A stretch of 64,000 nt of DNA from a virus. Lineage: Duplodnaviria > Heunggongvirae > Uroviricota > Caudoviricetes. Below, piece by piece: positions 18,945 through 26,929 of the stretch; position 1 is the stretch's first letter; the number at the start of each line of letters is the position of its first letter. A program made the position numbers and the translations under genes. The notes beneath the pieces are model-generated. The model had not been told where the DNA came from. It was given only the letters and a program-made list of their open reading frames with translations, and ran no database searches. The DNA is taken from IMG/VR virus record IMGVR_UViG_3300031760_000004, positions 92,294-156,293 of that record. One strand, given 5' to 3'.

Positions 18945-19377
18945 TCTTGTCCGCATCACGACGCCGCTCGCCGACGACGCCGGGCGGAGGCTCATGGGAA
19001 ACGACAACGGCCTCAGATGGTGGCGTCCAGGAGACCCAGACGACAAGGAGGCGCACCAAGACTGGATGCGCCTCGTCCTGTATTCGGACACATGCGATGA
19101 AATCGCAAAGGAGGTTTCAAGGATGAATATACCCGTCAAGGATGACGTGACGATCCCATGGATGAGCACAAGGGAAATACCGGCAATAAAGTTCGTGCTG
19201 CAGGCGTGGCGCAAGGCGCGTAAAGACTCCGGGTTCAGGCTTGCCGTCAAGAAGAACATGCCTGCGGAAGACGTTCTGATGGACACCCTGGCTTCACATG
19301 CGGACTTTGTTTCACACTGTCTCGAAGAGGTAGCCATAGCCAACGAGACGCTGAAAGGGAGGGGAAAGGTAAAATGA
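18886..19377 (+). CDS. hypothetical protein
   Basis: ORF in gene run; start uncertain. Confidence 0.55.
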   Translation: MRTTTLTPRRARKILRLASDLVRITTPLADDAGRRLMGNDNGLRWWRPGDPDDKEAHQDWMRLVLYSDTCDEIAKEVSRMNIPVKDDVTIPWMSTREIPAIKFVLQAWRKARKDSGFRLAVKKNMPAEDVLMDTLASHADFVSHCLEEVAIANETLKGRGKVK

Positions 19378-19583
19378 CATACAGGCTTGCAAAGGTCAAC
19401 GGCAGGGTGATTCAGGTGCTTCGCGGGTCGTCCGTCGTATACTACGATGGGGACGACAGGGTTGAAGCCCCTGTCTCACTTGTCGAGGCCGACTCGTTTG
19501 ACGAGGCGGTTCGTAAGTTTTCGGAGGAAAACGATGGACAAGGATCCCGGACTGGAGATGCGTCGTCTGTCCAACGACCGTGA
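19374..19583 (+). CDS. hypothetical protein
   Basis: ATGA coupling. Confidence 0.55.
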   Translation: MTYRLAKVNGRVIQVLRGSSVVYYDGDDRVEAPVSLVEADSFDEAVRKFSEENDGQGSRTGDASSVQRP

Positions 19584-19887
19584 CTACTGGAAACGGAAGG
19601 CCGCGGCGCTCGAGCGTAAGTACGGTCGGCTAGAGGGCCACGCGTTCATAGCGCTTGTGGCCGTCAAGCACGGCAAGAAGTGGGACTCGGAAGTGCTGTG
19701 GTTCGACGACGAGCGCGAAAGCGTCCAGGCGTCGCGCCACATGCGCAGGCAGATGATGACGCTGACCGAGATGCTCAAGGACGACGGCTACGTGCCGGAG
19801 GAGGATCAGGATGGAGGCAAAAGCGGAGAACGGATACCCGACAAAGTGCCTGGCAGGCAAGATCCCGAAAAACAAGTTCGAGTATGA
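19534..19887 (+). CDS. hypothetical protein
   Basis: GGAGG RBS. Confidence 0.6.
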   Translation: MDKDPGLEMRRLSNDRDYWKRKAAALERKYGRLEGHAFIALVAVKHGKKWDSEVLWFDDERESVQASRHMRRQMMTLTEMLKDDGYVPEEDQDGGKSGERIPDKVPGRQDPEKQVRV

Positions 19888-20236
19888 AGGCGGCGTGGTA
19901 CTGTTCCACCCCGGCAGGCGAGAGTTCATAAGAATAGCGTTCGGCAACGGCGACAATCTTACCCAGGAGGACCTTGAGACAAAGGACTCGAACGGCAACG
20001 GCGTCGACGACTACATGTACCTGACGACGTACAGTGTGCCGCAGGACATGGGATGGGACGGGCTGTGCCTGCAGGAAAAGGACGGTGGCCTGATGCTGTT
20101 TTCGCACGAGACCTACAGGTCGGGCGACATACGCGAGATGCTCGCCCCGTCGCTTGACTTCATGGGGTGGCCGGACAGCGTCGGCGAATATGTGTTCGTG
20201 TCAGGGGAGGATCTATGCGAAGAGCAGGCAAGATAG
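19811..20236 (+). CDS. hypothetical protein
   Basis: GGAGG upstream. Confidence 0.65.
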   Translation: MEAKAENGYPTKCLAGKIPKNKFEYEGGVVLFHPGRREFIRIAFGNGDNLTQEDLETKDSNGNGVDDYMYLTTYSVPQDMGWDGLCLQEKDGGLMLFSHETYRSGDIREMLAPSLDFMGWPDSVGEYVFVSGEDLCEEQAR

Positions 20237-20439
20237 TCTCAGGCGGAGGCTTCGCCAGGATAGACGGAAAGACGTACTCCTACGTGTATCGTAAGGGAAA
20301 GCCGGTAGTAACGGGAATAACCGGAGACGAGTTCAAACACGGTGTGGAATCCGTATTTGGAAAAGGCTGGGTTGATGACGACAAGCCCGTGAGTAACGAC
20401 GAAAAAGACAAGAGGGAGGACCAGTGCGAACAATCATAG
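20215..20439 (+). CDS. hypothetical protein
   Basis: GGAGG RBS. Confidence 0.5.
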   Translation: MRRAGKIVSGGGFARIDGKTYSYVYRKGKPVVTGITGDEFKHGVESVFGKGWVDDDKPVSNDEKDKREDQCEQS

Positions 20440-20858
20440 GAACTCTTCTTAGCGTGATGATCGGAGGTTTAGCCATGGCCGATGTGACTGTTTCCAAGGA
20501 TTTCCTGGCAAGGATAGCCTACGTGGAAAGCAAAGGAAACCCGTCGGCCTTCAACCGCGGGTCTGGCGCGTACGGCATGTACCAGATACGAATGCCGTAC
20601 CTGTCGGACGCCAACGAGGCGATGGGCACTGACTACACCCTTGACGACATGTTCGACGCTGAAAAGGCCGAGCAGGTAGTCAGGGCGTATCTCATGAAAT
20701 GGGGGTCTAAGTTCGCCGAGCGTCACGGCAGGCTTCCAACTGACGAGGAGCTGGCCCGTATACACAATGGCGGTCCACGCGGCGCCGAGAGGCAGAGCAC
20801 GCTGAAATACGCGGCGCTGTTCAGGGACGCGCCAGAAGGGGGCGGAAGATGCTTCTGA
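20424..20858 (+). CDS. lysozyme-fold muramidase (i-type/destabilase-like or lytic transglycosylase) with signal peptide
   Basis: IAYVESKG (catalytic Glu), GAYGMYQI, ARIHNGGPRG; hydrophobic N-terminus ending A-M-A. Confidence 0.8.
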   Translation: MRTIIGTLLSVMIGGLAMADVTVSKDFLARIAYVESKGNPSAFNRGSGAYGMYQIRMPYLSDANEAMGTDYTLDDMFDAEKAEQVVRAYLMKWGSKFAERHGRLPTDEELARIHNGGPRGAERQSTLKYAALFRDAPEGGGRCF

Positions 20859-21190
20859 ACGAGGAGACGTTCCTGCTGAGGACGACCGACGGGGAGCTGG
20901 TCCTGGCCAACCTTGACGTCAAAGAGCAGTGGGATTCGATAAACCTATACTGGCCGAACAGCGACGGGTTCGGAATTCCGGCCGTGTGGGTCGGAGACGA
21001 CGGCGGATACGAGAGGGAGGTTGAACAGGCGTACGAGTACTCCGGAACCGGGTTCTCGGACGTCTTCAATGTCTTCAAGCCGTACGACATGGAGACCTTC
21101 ATACGAAGGGTCATACAGAAAAGGGACAAGTACTACCCTGGGTACGAGGAGTCAACCCAGGAAATCCTAATGAGAATGGAGCCGACATGA
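20849..21190 (+). CDS. hypothetical protein
   Basis: overlapping ORF. Confidence 0.65.
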   Translation: MLLNEETFLLRTTDGELVLANLDVKEQWDSINLYWPNSDGFGIPAVWVGDDGGYEREVEQAYEYSGTGFSDVFNVFKPYDMETFIRRVIQKRDKYYPGYEESTQEILMRMEPT

Positions 21191-21501
21191 ACATTAAGTT
21201 CGCAGACGAGGAGACGCTCAACCGTTTCCAGCAGTGTCGGGAGATGTCACGCGAGTGCGAGAACTCCCTCGACAGAGTGATCACAAACCTGATGTGCTGG
21301 CACCCGCACACCGACACCGCGGTTATCTACCGAGACTTCCACGAGCAGTCGTTCTTCTTCCAGGAGATCCACGCCGACGGGAAGAAGGGAATGTGCGGCG
21401 GCATCATCTTCCATGGCAAGCACGACAACGGAGGAGACGGCGGTCCGTCAACCTTCAGCGTGTGCCTGAGCCCGACGGACGGGTACGCCATCCACACCTA
21501 G
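21187..21501 (+). CDS. hypothetical protein
   Basis: ATGA coupling; common phage-type SVCLSPTDGYAIHT C-terminus. Confidence 0.7.
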   Translation: MNIKFADEETLNRFQQCREMSRECENSLDRVITNLMCWHPHTDTAVIYRDFHEQSFFFQEIHADGKKGMCGGIIFHGKHDNGGDGGPSTFSVCLSPTDGYAIHT

Positions 21502-21509
21502 GGGGCCTC

Positions 21510-21863
21510 ATGGACATTTCGGAGGCCACGGTGAGCCAGCTCCTGTCGGAGCTCAGAGGCCGTAAGGAAGTGATAGCAGTCAAATGCTGGGTCGTAAAGG
21601 ACCTGCACTACTGGATTGACAGGGAGATCGAAGTCGAAGACACCGGCGACGACGAGGACAAGGAGCGGGCTGCGTTCATGGACGCGCACCGAGACGAAAT
21701 CGTTGAAGAGGCAGTTGGCAACCTGTTCGATCTTGAGGACTGCATCCAGGAGGACTGGCGGATGATCGACGCCGTCATGCACGACGCCGTCATGCACGCT
21801 AGGGTGAAAGATTATGACCGCAAGCACGCGGCAGACAACAACAAGGAGAAGAACAATGACTAA
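21510..21863 (+). CDS. hypothetical acidic protein
   Basis: ORF in gene run. Confidence 0.65.
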   Translation: MDISEATVSQLLSELRGRKEVIAVKCWVVKDLHYWIDREIEVEDTGDDEDKERAAFMDAHRDEIVEEAVGNLFDLEDCIQEDWRMIDAVMHDAVMHARVKDYDRKHAADNNKEKNND

Positions 21864-22509
21864 GGCAACCTACGAACTGACGTTCACCGAGATGGCTCTC
21901 GGAAGCAAACCCTCCAACGAGGGCGTTTTCACAGACTACATCGCCGCGAACAAAAAGGACGGAGTGGATCCTGAGGAGGTGGCCGCGGCCAAGGAGGCCG
22001 AGGAGCGCGTTAAGGAGTCCATCACCGTCTTCCACCGCATGGAGGATGGAAAGACCCCGATGGTGTGGAACTACCAGATCAAGGGTCTCGCCAAGGAATC
22101 GTGCGGAGCGCTTCGCCGCGTCGACGGAACCCTTTCGGCCAAAATCGCGTCGTACAAGACGATCATCGACACCCTCGTGTTCGTCGGTCCTCGCAAGATT
22201 CCGCTTGTCCTTCCCGAGGGAGGGGAAGTCGGCGTGTTCGAAAGGCCGCTGCGCGCAGAGACCATGCAGGGCCCGCGTGTGGCCCTAGCGAAGTCCGAGA
22301 CCGTCCCGGCCGGAACGAAGATGGCCTTCGAGGTCACGTTCATGACCCCGAAGGTTGGAAAGTCAGACAAGGTCGTCGACCTCAAGGAGGCGTTCGAGGA
22401 GTGGCTTGACTATGGAGAGCTCCATGGATTCGGCCAGTTCAGAAACGGCTCTTACGGGACGTTCACCTGGCGCGAGATCAAGCCCGAGGACACTGAAAAG
22501 GCCGAATAG
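21856..22509 (+). CDS. stand-alone RAMP/Cas7-like RNA-binding protein (217 aa)
   Basis: RAMP hallmarks: N-terminal strand YELTFTEMALGS, YQIKGLAKES helix, ERPLRA..ALAKSETVPAGTKMAFEV, C-terminal Gly-rich loop GELHGFGQFRNGSYGTF; AAGGAG RBS. Confidence 0.8.
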   Translation: MTKATYELTFTEMALGSKPSNEGVFTDYIAANKKDGVDPEEVAAAKEAEERVKESITVFHRMEDGKTPMVWNYQIKGLAKESCGALRRVDGTLSAKIASYKTIIDTLVFVGPRKIPLVLPEGGEVGVFERPLRAETMQGPRVALAKSETVPAGTKMAFEVTFMTPKVGKSDKVVDLKEAFEEWLDYGELHGFGQFRNGSYGTFTWREIKPEDTEKAE

Positions 22510-22519
22510 TTTGGCCAAC

Positions 22520-22543
22520 GGGGGCCGGTCCATTCCGGCCCCC
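22520..22543 (+). other. perfect 9-bp GC hairpin (leader or processing stem)
   Basis: GGGGGCCGG-TCCATT-CCGGCCCCC, no U-tract, 10 nt after the RAMP stop. Confidence 0.75.
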
Positions 22544-22553
22544 TGTCCGCTAT

Positions 22554-23285
22554 GGCTACGTGCGGCACAGAGCGGATATGCTTTGCTTAGGCAGGGCAAA
22601 GCGGAGCGGTACGCCGCGAAGGCCTAGCGCAGAATCGCTCAGTGTAGGCAAAGCAACGAGGAGCGAAGCGACGGCAGGGCAACGAAATGCGAAGCAAGTC
22701 CAGGCAGCGCTTCGGCTCGGAATTGACGTGCGTCGATATGCCAGGGAAAAGCGTGGATTGGCAATGGCAACGACATGCGAGGATACGCAACGCACCGGAA
22801 ACGCAGCGAGCTGCGATGGCATAGCACAGATCAACAGTGCAAGGGCATGGCTGGGCAAAGACACGTGACGCAACGCGTCGGCACTGCATGGAACGGAAGA
22901 GCAATGAGGGGCAAAGGCATGGAGTAGCAACGAAATGCTACGGCAACGCAGGGACTGGCGCCTAAAGGCAAAGCAATGGCAAAGCAATGATCAGCGCAGC
23001 GAAGCGCGGCGCCGGCCTAGCTATGATGGGCACGGCAAAGCGCAGAAGTGCAATGGCATGGTTCTGCGAAGCAACGATTCGCGACGGCTGAGCATAGACG
23101 AGAAGCGTTCGGCGGCGCATTGGCAAAGCGAAGCTACGACTGGCACCGCAAAGGCACAGACTGGCGCAGATTCGCGACGCAAAGGCGCAGACTGGCGCAG
23201 ATTCGCGACGCAAAGGCATGGACACGCAAAGAGATGCGATGTGCTACAGCGGCAAAGCACAGAATATTGTCGCAAGGCAGGGGAA
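22554..23285 (+). repeat. 5-nt-periodic array [G(G[C/A/T]NNN)4-8]x23; putative guide-RNA array
   Basis: manual parse: 142 pentamers, 136 with G at the same phase; a +1 phase shift at GG(C/A) 22 times; complete block lengths 21-41 nt, all 5n+1. Confidence 0.85.
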
Positions 23286-23307
23286 CTGAAACTGGGAGGA
23301 TAAGAAC

Positions 23308-24030
23308 ATGGACATCAAGGTGTTCACCATGGTGGAGGCCGTGCATCTTTCAGGCACGGCAAGCCAAATGGACAGCGACGACCTGTCGGCATGGAGCCAG
23401 ACATACTCAAGCATGCCGGAGGCCATGCTGTCAGTGAAAAACGCGATACAGAGTGCCGTGTACGAGTTCTACAACGGCTCCGACATGACGTGCGACGACC
23501 TTGACAAGATTGTCGACGTCGTGTTCGGCGACAGGCGTGAAGACGGCGACTGGGTGTGGGATCCGGCAGACAGGTCATATCTGTGGCGGATAGTTGAGGA
23601 CGTGCTGTACGTCCCGTGCGACTGCGAAGACGAGCCTGACACGACCGTGGAGCAGATGGGACACCGGAAGGACGACAGCGAGCACGTTGATGGGCTTGAC
23701 GGATGCAAATACCCGAAGCTCAGCGTCTGGTTCAAAAACGCCAATACGCCAGGAAGCGAAATCGGCATGGAGTTTTCAACTCCGGAGGAGGCCCTGGCAT
23801 GGGCGGAGACATACGACGGTGGTAACTCCGAGTTTGGAAGGACCTGGTTGCCCGTAGTCATCAATGTCGTAACCCCCGGTTACACAAGGGAAATACATGA
23901 CTGCGCCGGCAGCTGGGAGGACTTCATCGGAGAGCTGGCGTACGCGTGTGGAGACGACGGGTCGTTTGCAGATCCGGACGAACTTGAACGCAGGAACGAA
24001 AAGTACCGTGAATGGTACAGGGAGGTTTAG
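23308..24030 (+). CDS. hypothetical acidic protein
   Basis: GGAGG RBS. Confidence 0.75.
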   Translation: MDIKVFTMVEAVHLSGTASQMDSDDLSAWSQTYSSMPEAMLSVKNAIQSAVYEFYNGSDMTCDDLDKIVDVVFGDRREDGDWVWDPADRSYLWRIVEDVLYVPCDCEDEPDTTVEQMGHRKDDSEHVDGLDGCKYPKLSVWFKNANTPGSEIGMEFSTPEEALAWAETYDGGNSEFGRTWLPVVINVVTPGYTREIHDCAGSWEDFIGELAYACGDDGSFADPDELERRNEKYREWYREV

Positions 24031-24031
24031 G

Positions 24032-24406
24032 ATGACAAGAAGCAAGTTTAGCAGGTTGAACGCGGAGTACAATTCGCGGTTCAAGGACGAGGTACTGGCC
24101 AAGACCAAGAAGGAGATCATGGGCAACTCGATGGAGATCATCATGGCCGAGGAGATGGATGCCGTGGCTGAGATGCTAGAGATGGGCGCCCGAGGAAATT
24201 CGTACGACAGGGTCTGTGCGCACAGGCTGTGTGGTCTTGTGAAAAAGCTCAAGCCCGAGCAGTACACGTACGATGTGTTCCTGTCGTGCATCCCGTGGCT
24301 GTGCGAGCCTATGGACGACGGTAACTACGGTCTGTTCGACAACGGAACGAAGTACGACGAGTTCGCCGCGGCCATCGAGAACGCAATGGGGTTAGGTGAG
24401 GACTAG
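24032..24406 (+). CDS. hypothetical protein
   Basis: GGAGG RBS. Confidence 0.7.
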   Translation: MTRSKFSRLNAEYNSRFKDEVLAKTKKEIMGNSMEIIMAEEMDAVAEMLEMGARGNSYDRVCAHRLCGLVKKLKPEQYTYDVFLSCIPWLCEPMDDGNYGLFDNGTKYDEFAAAIENAMGLGED

Positions 24407-24426
24407 AAAGACAAGGAGAGCAATCG

Positions 24427-25455
24427 ATGAAAAAACTGAAGGTGATGAGCACGGACGACGAGTCGTTCCAGAACTGCAGGGAATGGGTCGAGCTCCACAG
24501 GGACACCAACGGGTACAACCCGTTCGAGGACTGTGAGCAGGTGTTCGAACTCTGGTCCAACATCCCAAGGGAGATTGGATCGACCAGGAACGCCGAGGAC
24601 CCGCTCGAGGAGGTTCTTGACGAAGACGGATACGGAACCGGTCGGTATCAGCCCAAGGAAGGCTACATCATCGTTCCTGTGAGTGTCATGATCCACAGCG
24701 GGATTTACTTCAGCGTCGGCACCGTGAGGTGCATGTTCGGGGACACTCCCGGCCCTGGCGGCCGAGGCTGGGACACAACCCCCAACGCCTGCTTCCTGTA
24801 CACGTACAAGGAGCTGTGGGAGCGCATGATGGGGAAGGGAACCTGGATGAAGGTCCGCAACAACCCCAAGTCCGACACTGACTGGTCAAGGCGTCCAGGC
24901 ACTCGTGAGGAGTTCGAGAAGGAAGTCGAGTGCAAGGCCGGCTATCTGGTCGACCAGCTCAACCTGGCCGAAGAGGGGTCGGTCTACGGATACACAACGC
25001 ACAAGCGTGTGCACTACACGCGCATTGATGACGACGGGACCAGAACAGACTGCTGGGAGGAGCAGGACGGAGACGACTCCTGCTGGGGGTTCCTAACAGA
25101 CAAAGTCGATGACATCGACTTCCCGCGTGAACTTCCAGTGTACGCCGACCCGAACGGTGACTGCCAGTGGTTCATCGGCGACGAGTACGAGGTTCCGGAG
25201 TTCCTGGTCACCGAGGTTGAGAAGGGTACCGGGAAGCGGGCGTTCCTGAAGAGCTACGAGGTGGGACCGGACGGAAAGTGCCAGCGGGCCGAATGGGTCT
25301 ATGACAGGAACGACGCCATGAAGCTCGTCTCCTGGTGGCAGGTCCAGCGGGTGGCCCAGATCGTAATCCCTAAGGACGAGTACAACTGCCACCGTAACTG
25401 CGTCGAAATCGACAAGGTGGACGAGCTGGACGGAGCCGCCGAGGCTAAGGCTTAG
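24427..25455 (+). CDS. hypothetical protein
   Basis: AAGGAG RBS; motifs GSVYGY and DSCWGF. Confidence 0.75.
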   Translation: MKKLKVMSTDDESFQNCREWVELHRDTNGYNPFEDCEQVFELWSNIPREIGSTRNAEDPLEEVLDEDGYGTGRYQPKEGYIIVPVSVMIHSGIYFSVGTVRCMFGDTPGPGGRGWDTTPNACFLYTYKELWERMMGKGTWMKVRNNPKSDTDWSRRPGTREEFEKEVECKAGYLVDQLNLAEEGSVYGYTTHKRVHYTRIDDDGTRTDCWEEQDGDDSCWGFLTDKVDDIDFPRELPVYADPNGDCQWFIGDEYEVPEFLVTEVEKGTGKRAFLKSYEVGPDGKCQRAEWVYDRNDAMKLVSWWQVQRVAQIVIPKDEYNCHRNCVEIDKVDELDGAAEAKA

Positions 25456-25680
25456 CCGGACTTGAAATTGCTTCTGTGGTGTTCCGTACGGAACTTCAGG
25501 AAGCAGACTGGGGACGCAATGCCGATTCCTGCCACGGGAAGGCCCCTCTTGGCGCGCCGCGCAGTCCGGGGGTATGTTCGTATACCCCGGCGCGTGAAAC
25601 GCGCTCAGAGGGCCTCCTGAGGCGAAACTGTCCGGAAGGGCTTGCAAGGGGCTGGAATCCGGAACTGGCGGCCGAACTGC

Positions 25681-25960
25681 CGGAACGGAAGTGTGGCTGG
25701 AATGCAGAACGATGGAATGGAATGTTCTGAGAGACAGTGGTTTTTTCACCCCTAAAGAGTGATATAATATATCACCCTTTATGGGGTGTGGAATTTCCAC
25801 AGTATCGCGGGCAAAAATTCTGCGGACACGGCCCCGCCGTTCTCTGGGGTTTCGTTTCACTCCACTCCACTTCACTCCTTCACCACTGTTACTTCGTAAC
25901 AGTTAAGTAGTATATAAATATACTACTGTTCAGTCGTTACGTTCCGTTCCGTTACACTCA
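25681..25960. other. AT-rich multi-palindrome intergenic region; candidate replication origin or control region
   Basis: four inverted repeats (25747-25788, 25788-25800, 25885-25903, 25906-25927) flanked by GGAAY and TCCAC/GTTCC short repeats. Confidence 0.45.
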
Positions 25961-26066
25961 ACCCCAATCGAAACGGCGGCATGCGCGCACGCATGTGCGC
26001 TGGCGCGTATAATAAAGGTTATAAAGGGTTACCATCGGCAACTTCACTTCTGGAGGATTGAAAACC

Positions 26067-26813
26067 ATGAAAAAGACCAAGAAGACCTTGAAGGGTTCCG
26101 GGGGTTCAACCTCCGAACCCGTTGAACCAAGTAAGCAGAAGTCAGGCGCGAGATGGTGCGTGACCGATGGGTGGGGCAACCTTGAAAGGGTTGTGAAACC
26201 CTGGGCTTCCGGAAGGGATCTGGAATCCGCCTACGACGCCCTCGGGAGGTACGCGAAGCGTACGTACCCGAGAACCTTCATGAAGGTGTGGACTCAGACG
26301 TTCCTTGGCAGGGGTGTCGTATGCGACTTCGGCGACCACCGCTTCTTCGGGTTCGTCGAGCTGCAGGACGGTTCAGCCATCCTTCCGCCAGCCTACGGCT
26401 GCAATGCCGGGCATGGCGTTCCGGACGCTACTGGCATTACGGACGTCCCCGATGTCCAGAAGGCGCCGGCTGGCGCATCCGTGCACGATTGCCTCGCCAG
26501 CTCATGGGGCCTGGCCCTTACTCGCCTGTTCCAGGACTACCTCAGGCGTGCCGAGTCGGCAGGCTCCGGATGGTTCACGTCGCACGCCCTCGAGTACTGC
26601 TGCGTCAGCGAATGGTGGGAGATGTTCTGCCAGGACGATCCCGACATTTCGCCGGTGTGGGAGGACGACATGTCCCCGGAGGACGTGTACAACGGTGTCG
26701 TCGGATGGGCGAAATGCTGCACGGACGCCCCGGAGATACTCCTGCAGAACAGCCCCGACGCCAGGTGGGACGCCTTCAGGGCCGGCCTGCTGTGGGGCGC
26801 GAAAAGGCCTTAA
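26067..26813 (+). CDS. hypothetical protein
   Basis: GGAGG RBS; TATAAT at 26008-26013 upstream. Confidence 0.65.
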   Translation: MKKTKKTLKGSGGSTSEPVEPSKQKSGARWCVTDGWGNLERVVKPWASGRDLESAYDALGRYAKRTYPRTFMKVWTQTFLGRGVVCDFGDHRFFGFVELQDGSAILPPAYGCNAGHGVPDATGITDVPDVQKAPAGASVHDCLASSWGLALTRLFQDYLRRAESAGSGWFTSHALEYCCVSEWWEMFCQDDPDISPVWEDDMSPEDVYNGVVGWAKCCTDAPEILLQNSPDARWDAFRAGLLWGAKRP

Positions 26814-26839
26814 CAGGGGCCGGAAAAAGGTTATAACAA
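26807..26839 (+). promoter_or_regulatory. repeated promoter-like motif GYCTTAA-N16-GTTATAACAA, copy 1
   Basis: GCCTTAA at 26807, GTTATAACAA at 26830. Confidence 0.55.
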
Positions 26840-26929
26840 CATACCGGGGGAGCTTAGTTTCCACTGGAGGCCACGCGACGACGCGGGCATTCCATGGAGG
26901 CCCCTCCGATAAGATGGAAGGTTTTCACA

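Noticed and set aside
22554-23285. Classical CRISPR array
   Set aside because: No identical 25-40-nt direct repeats separated by unique spacers, and no cas1/cas2/cas6 recognisable in the window
22556-23437. Overlapping Arg/Ala/Cys-rich ORFs on both strands across the array
   Set aside because: 5-nt (non-triplet) periodicity, no RBS and similar junk translations in all frames; these are by-products of a non-coding repeat
25476-25875. ORFs in the 25.5-25.9 kb gap
   Set aside because: No RBS, and they run through palindromes and short repeats; more likely non-coding
26008-26030. Fourth copy of the GTTATAAC promoter motif
   Set aside because: It reads GTTATAAAG and lacks the CTTAA box at the conserved spacing; a plain TATAAT is present instead
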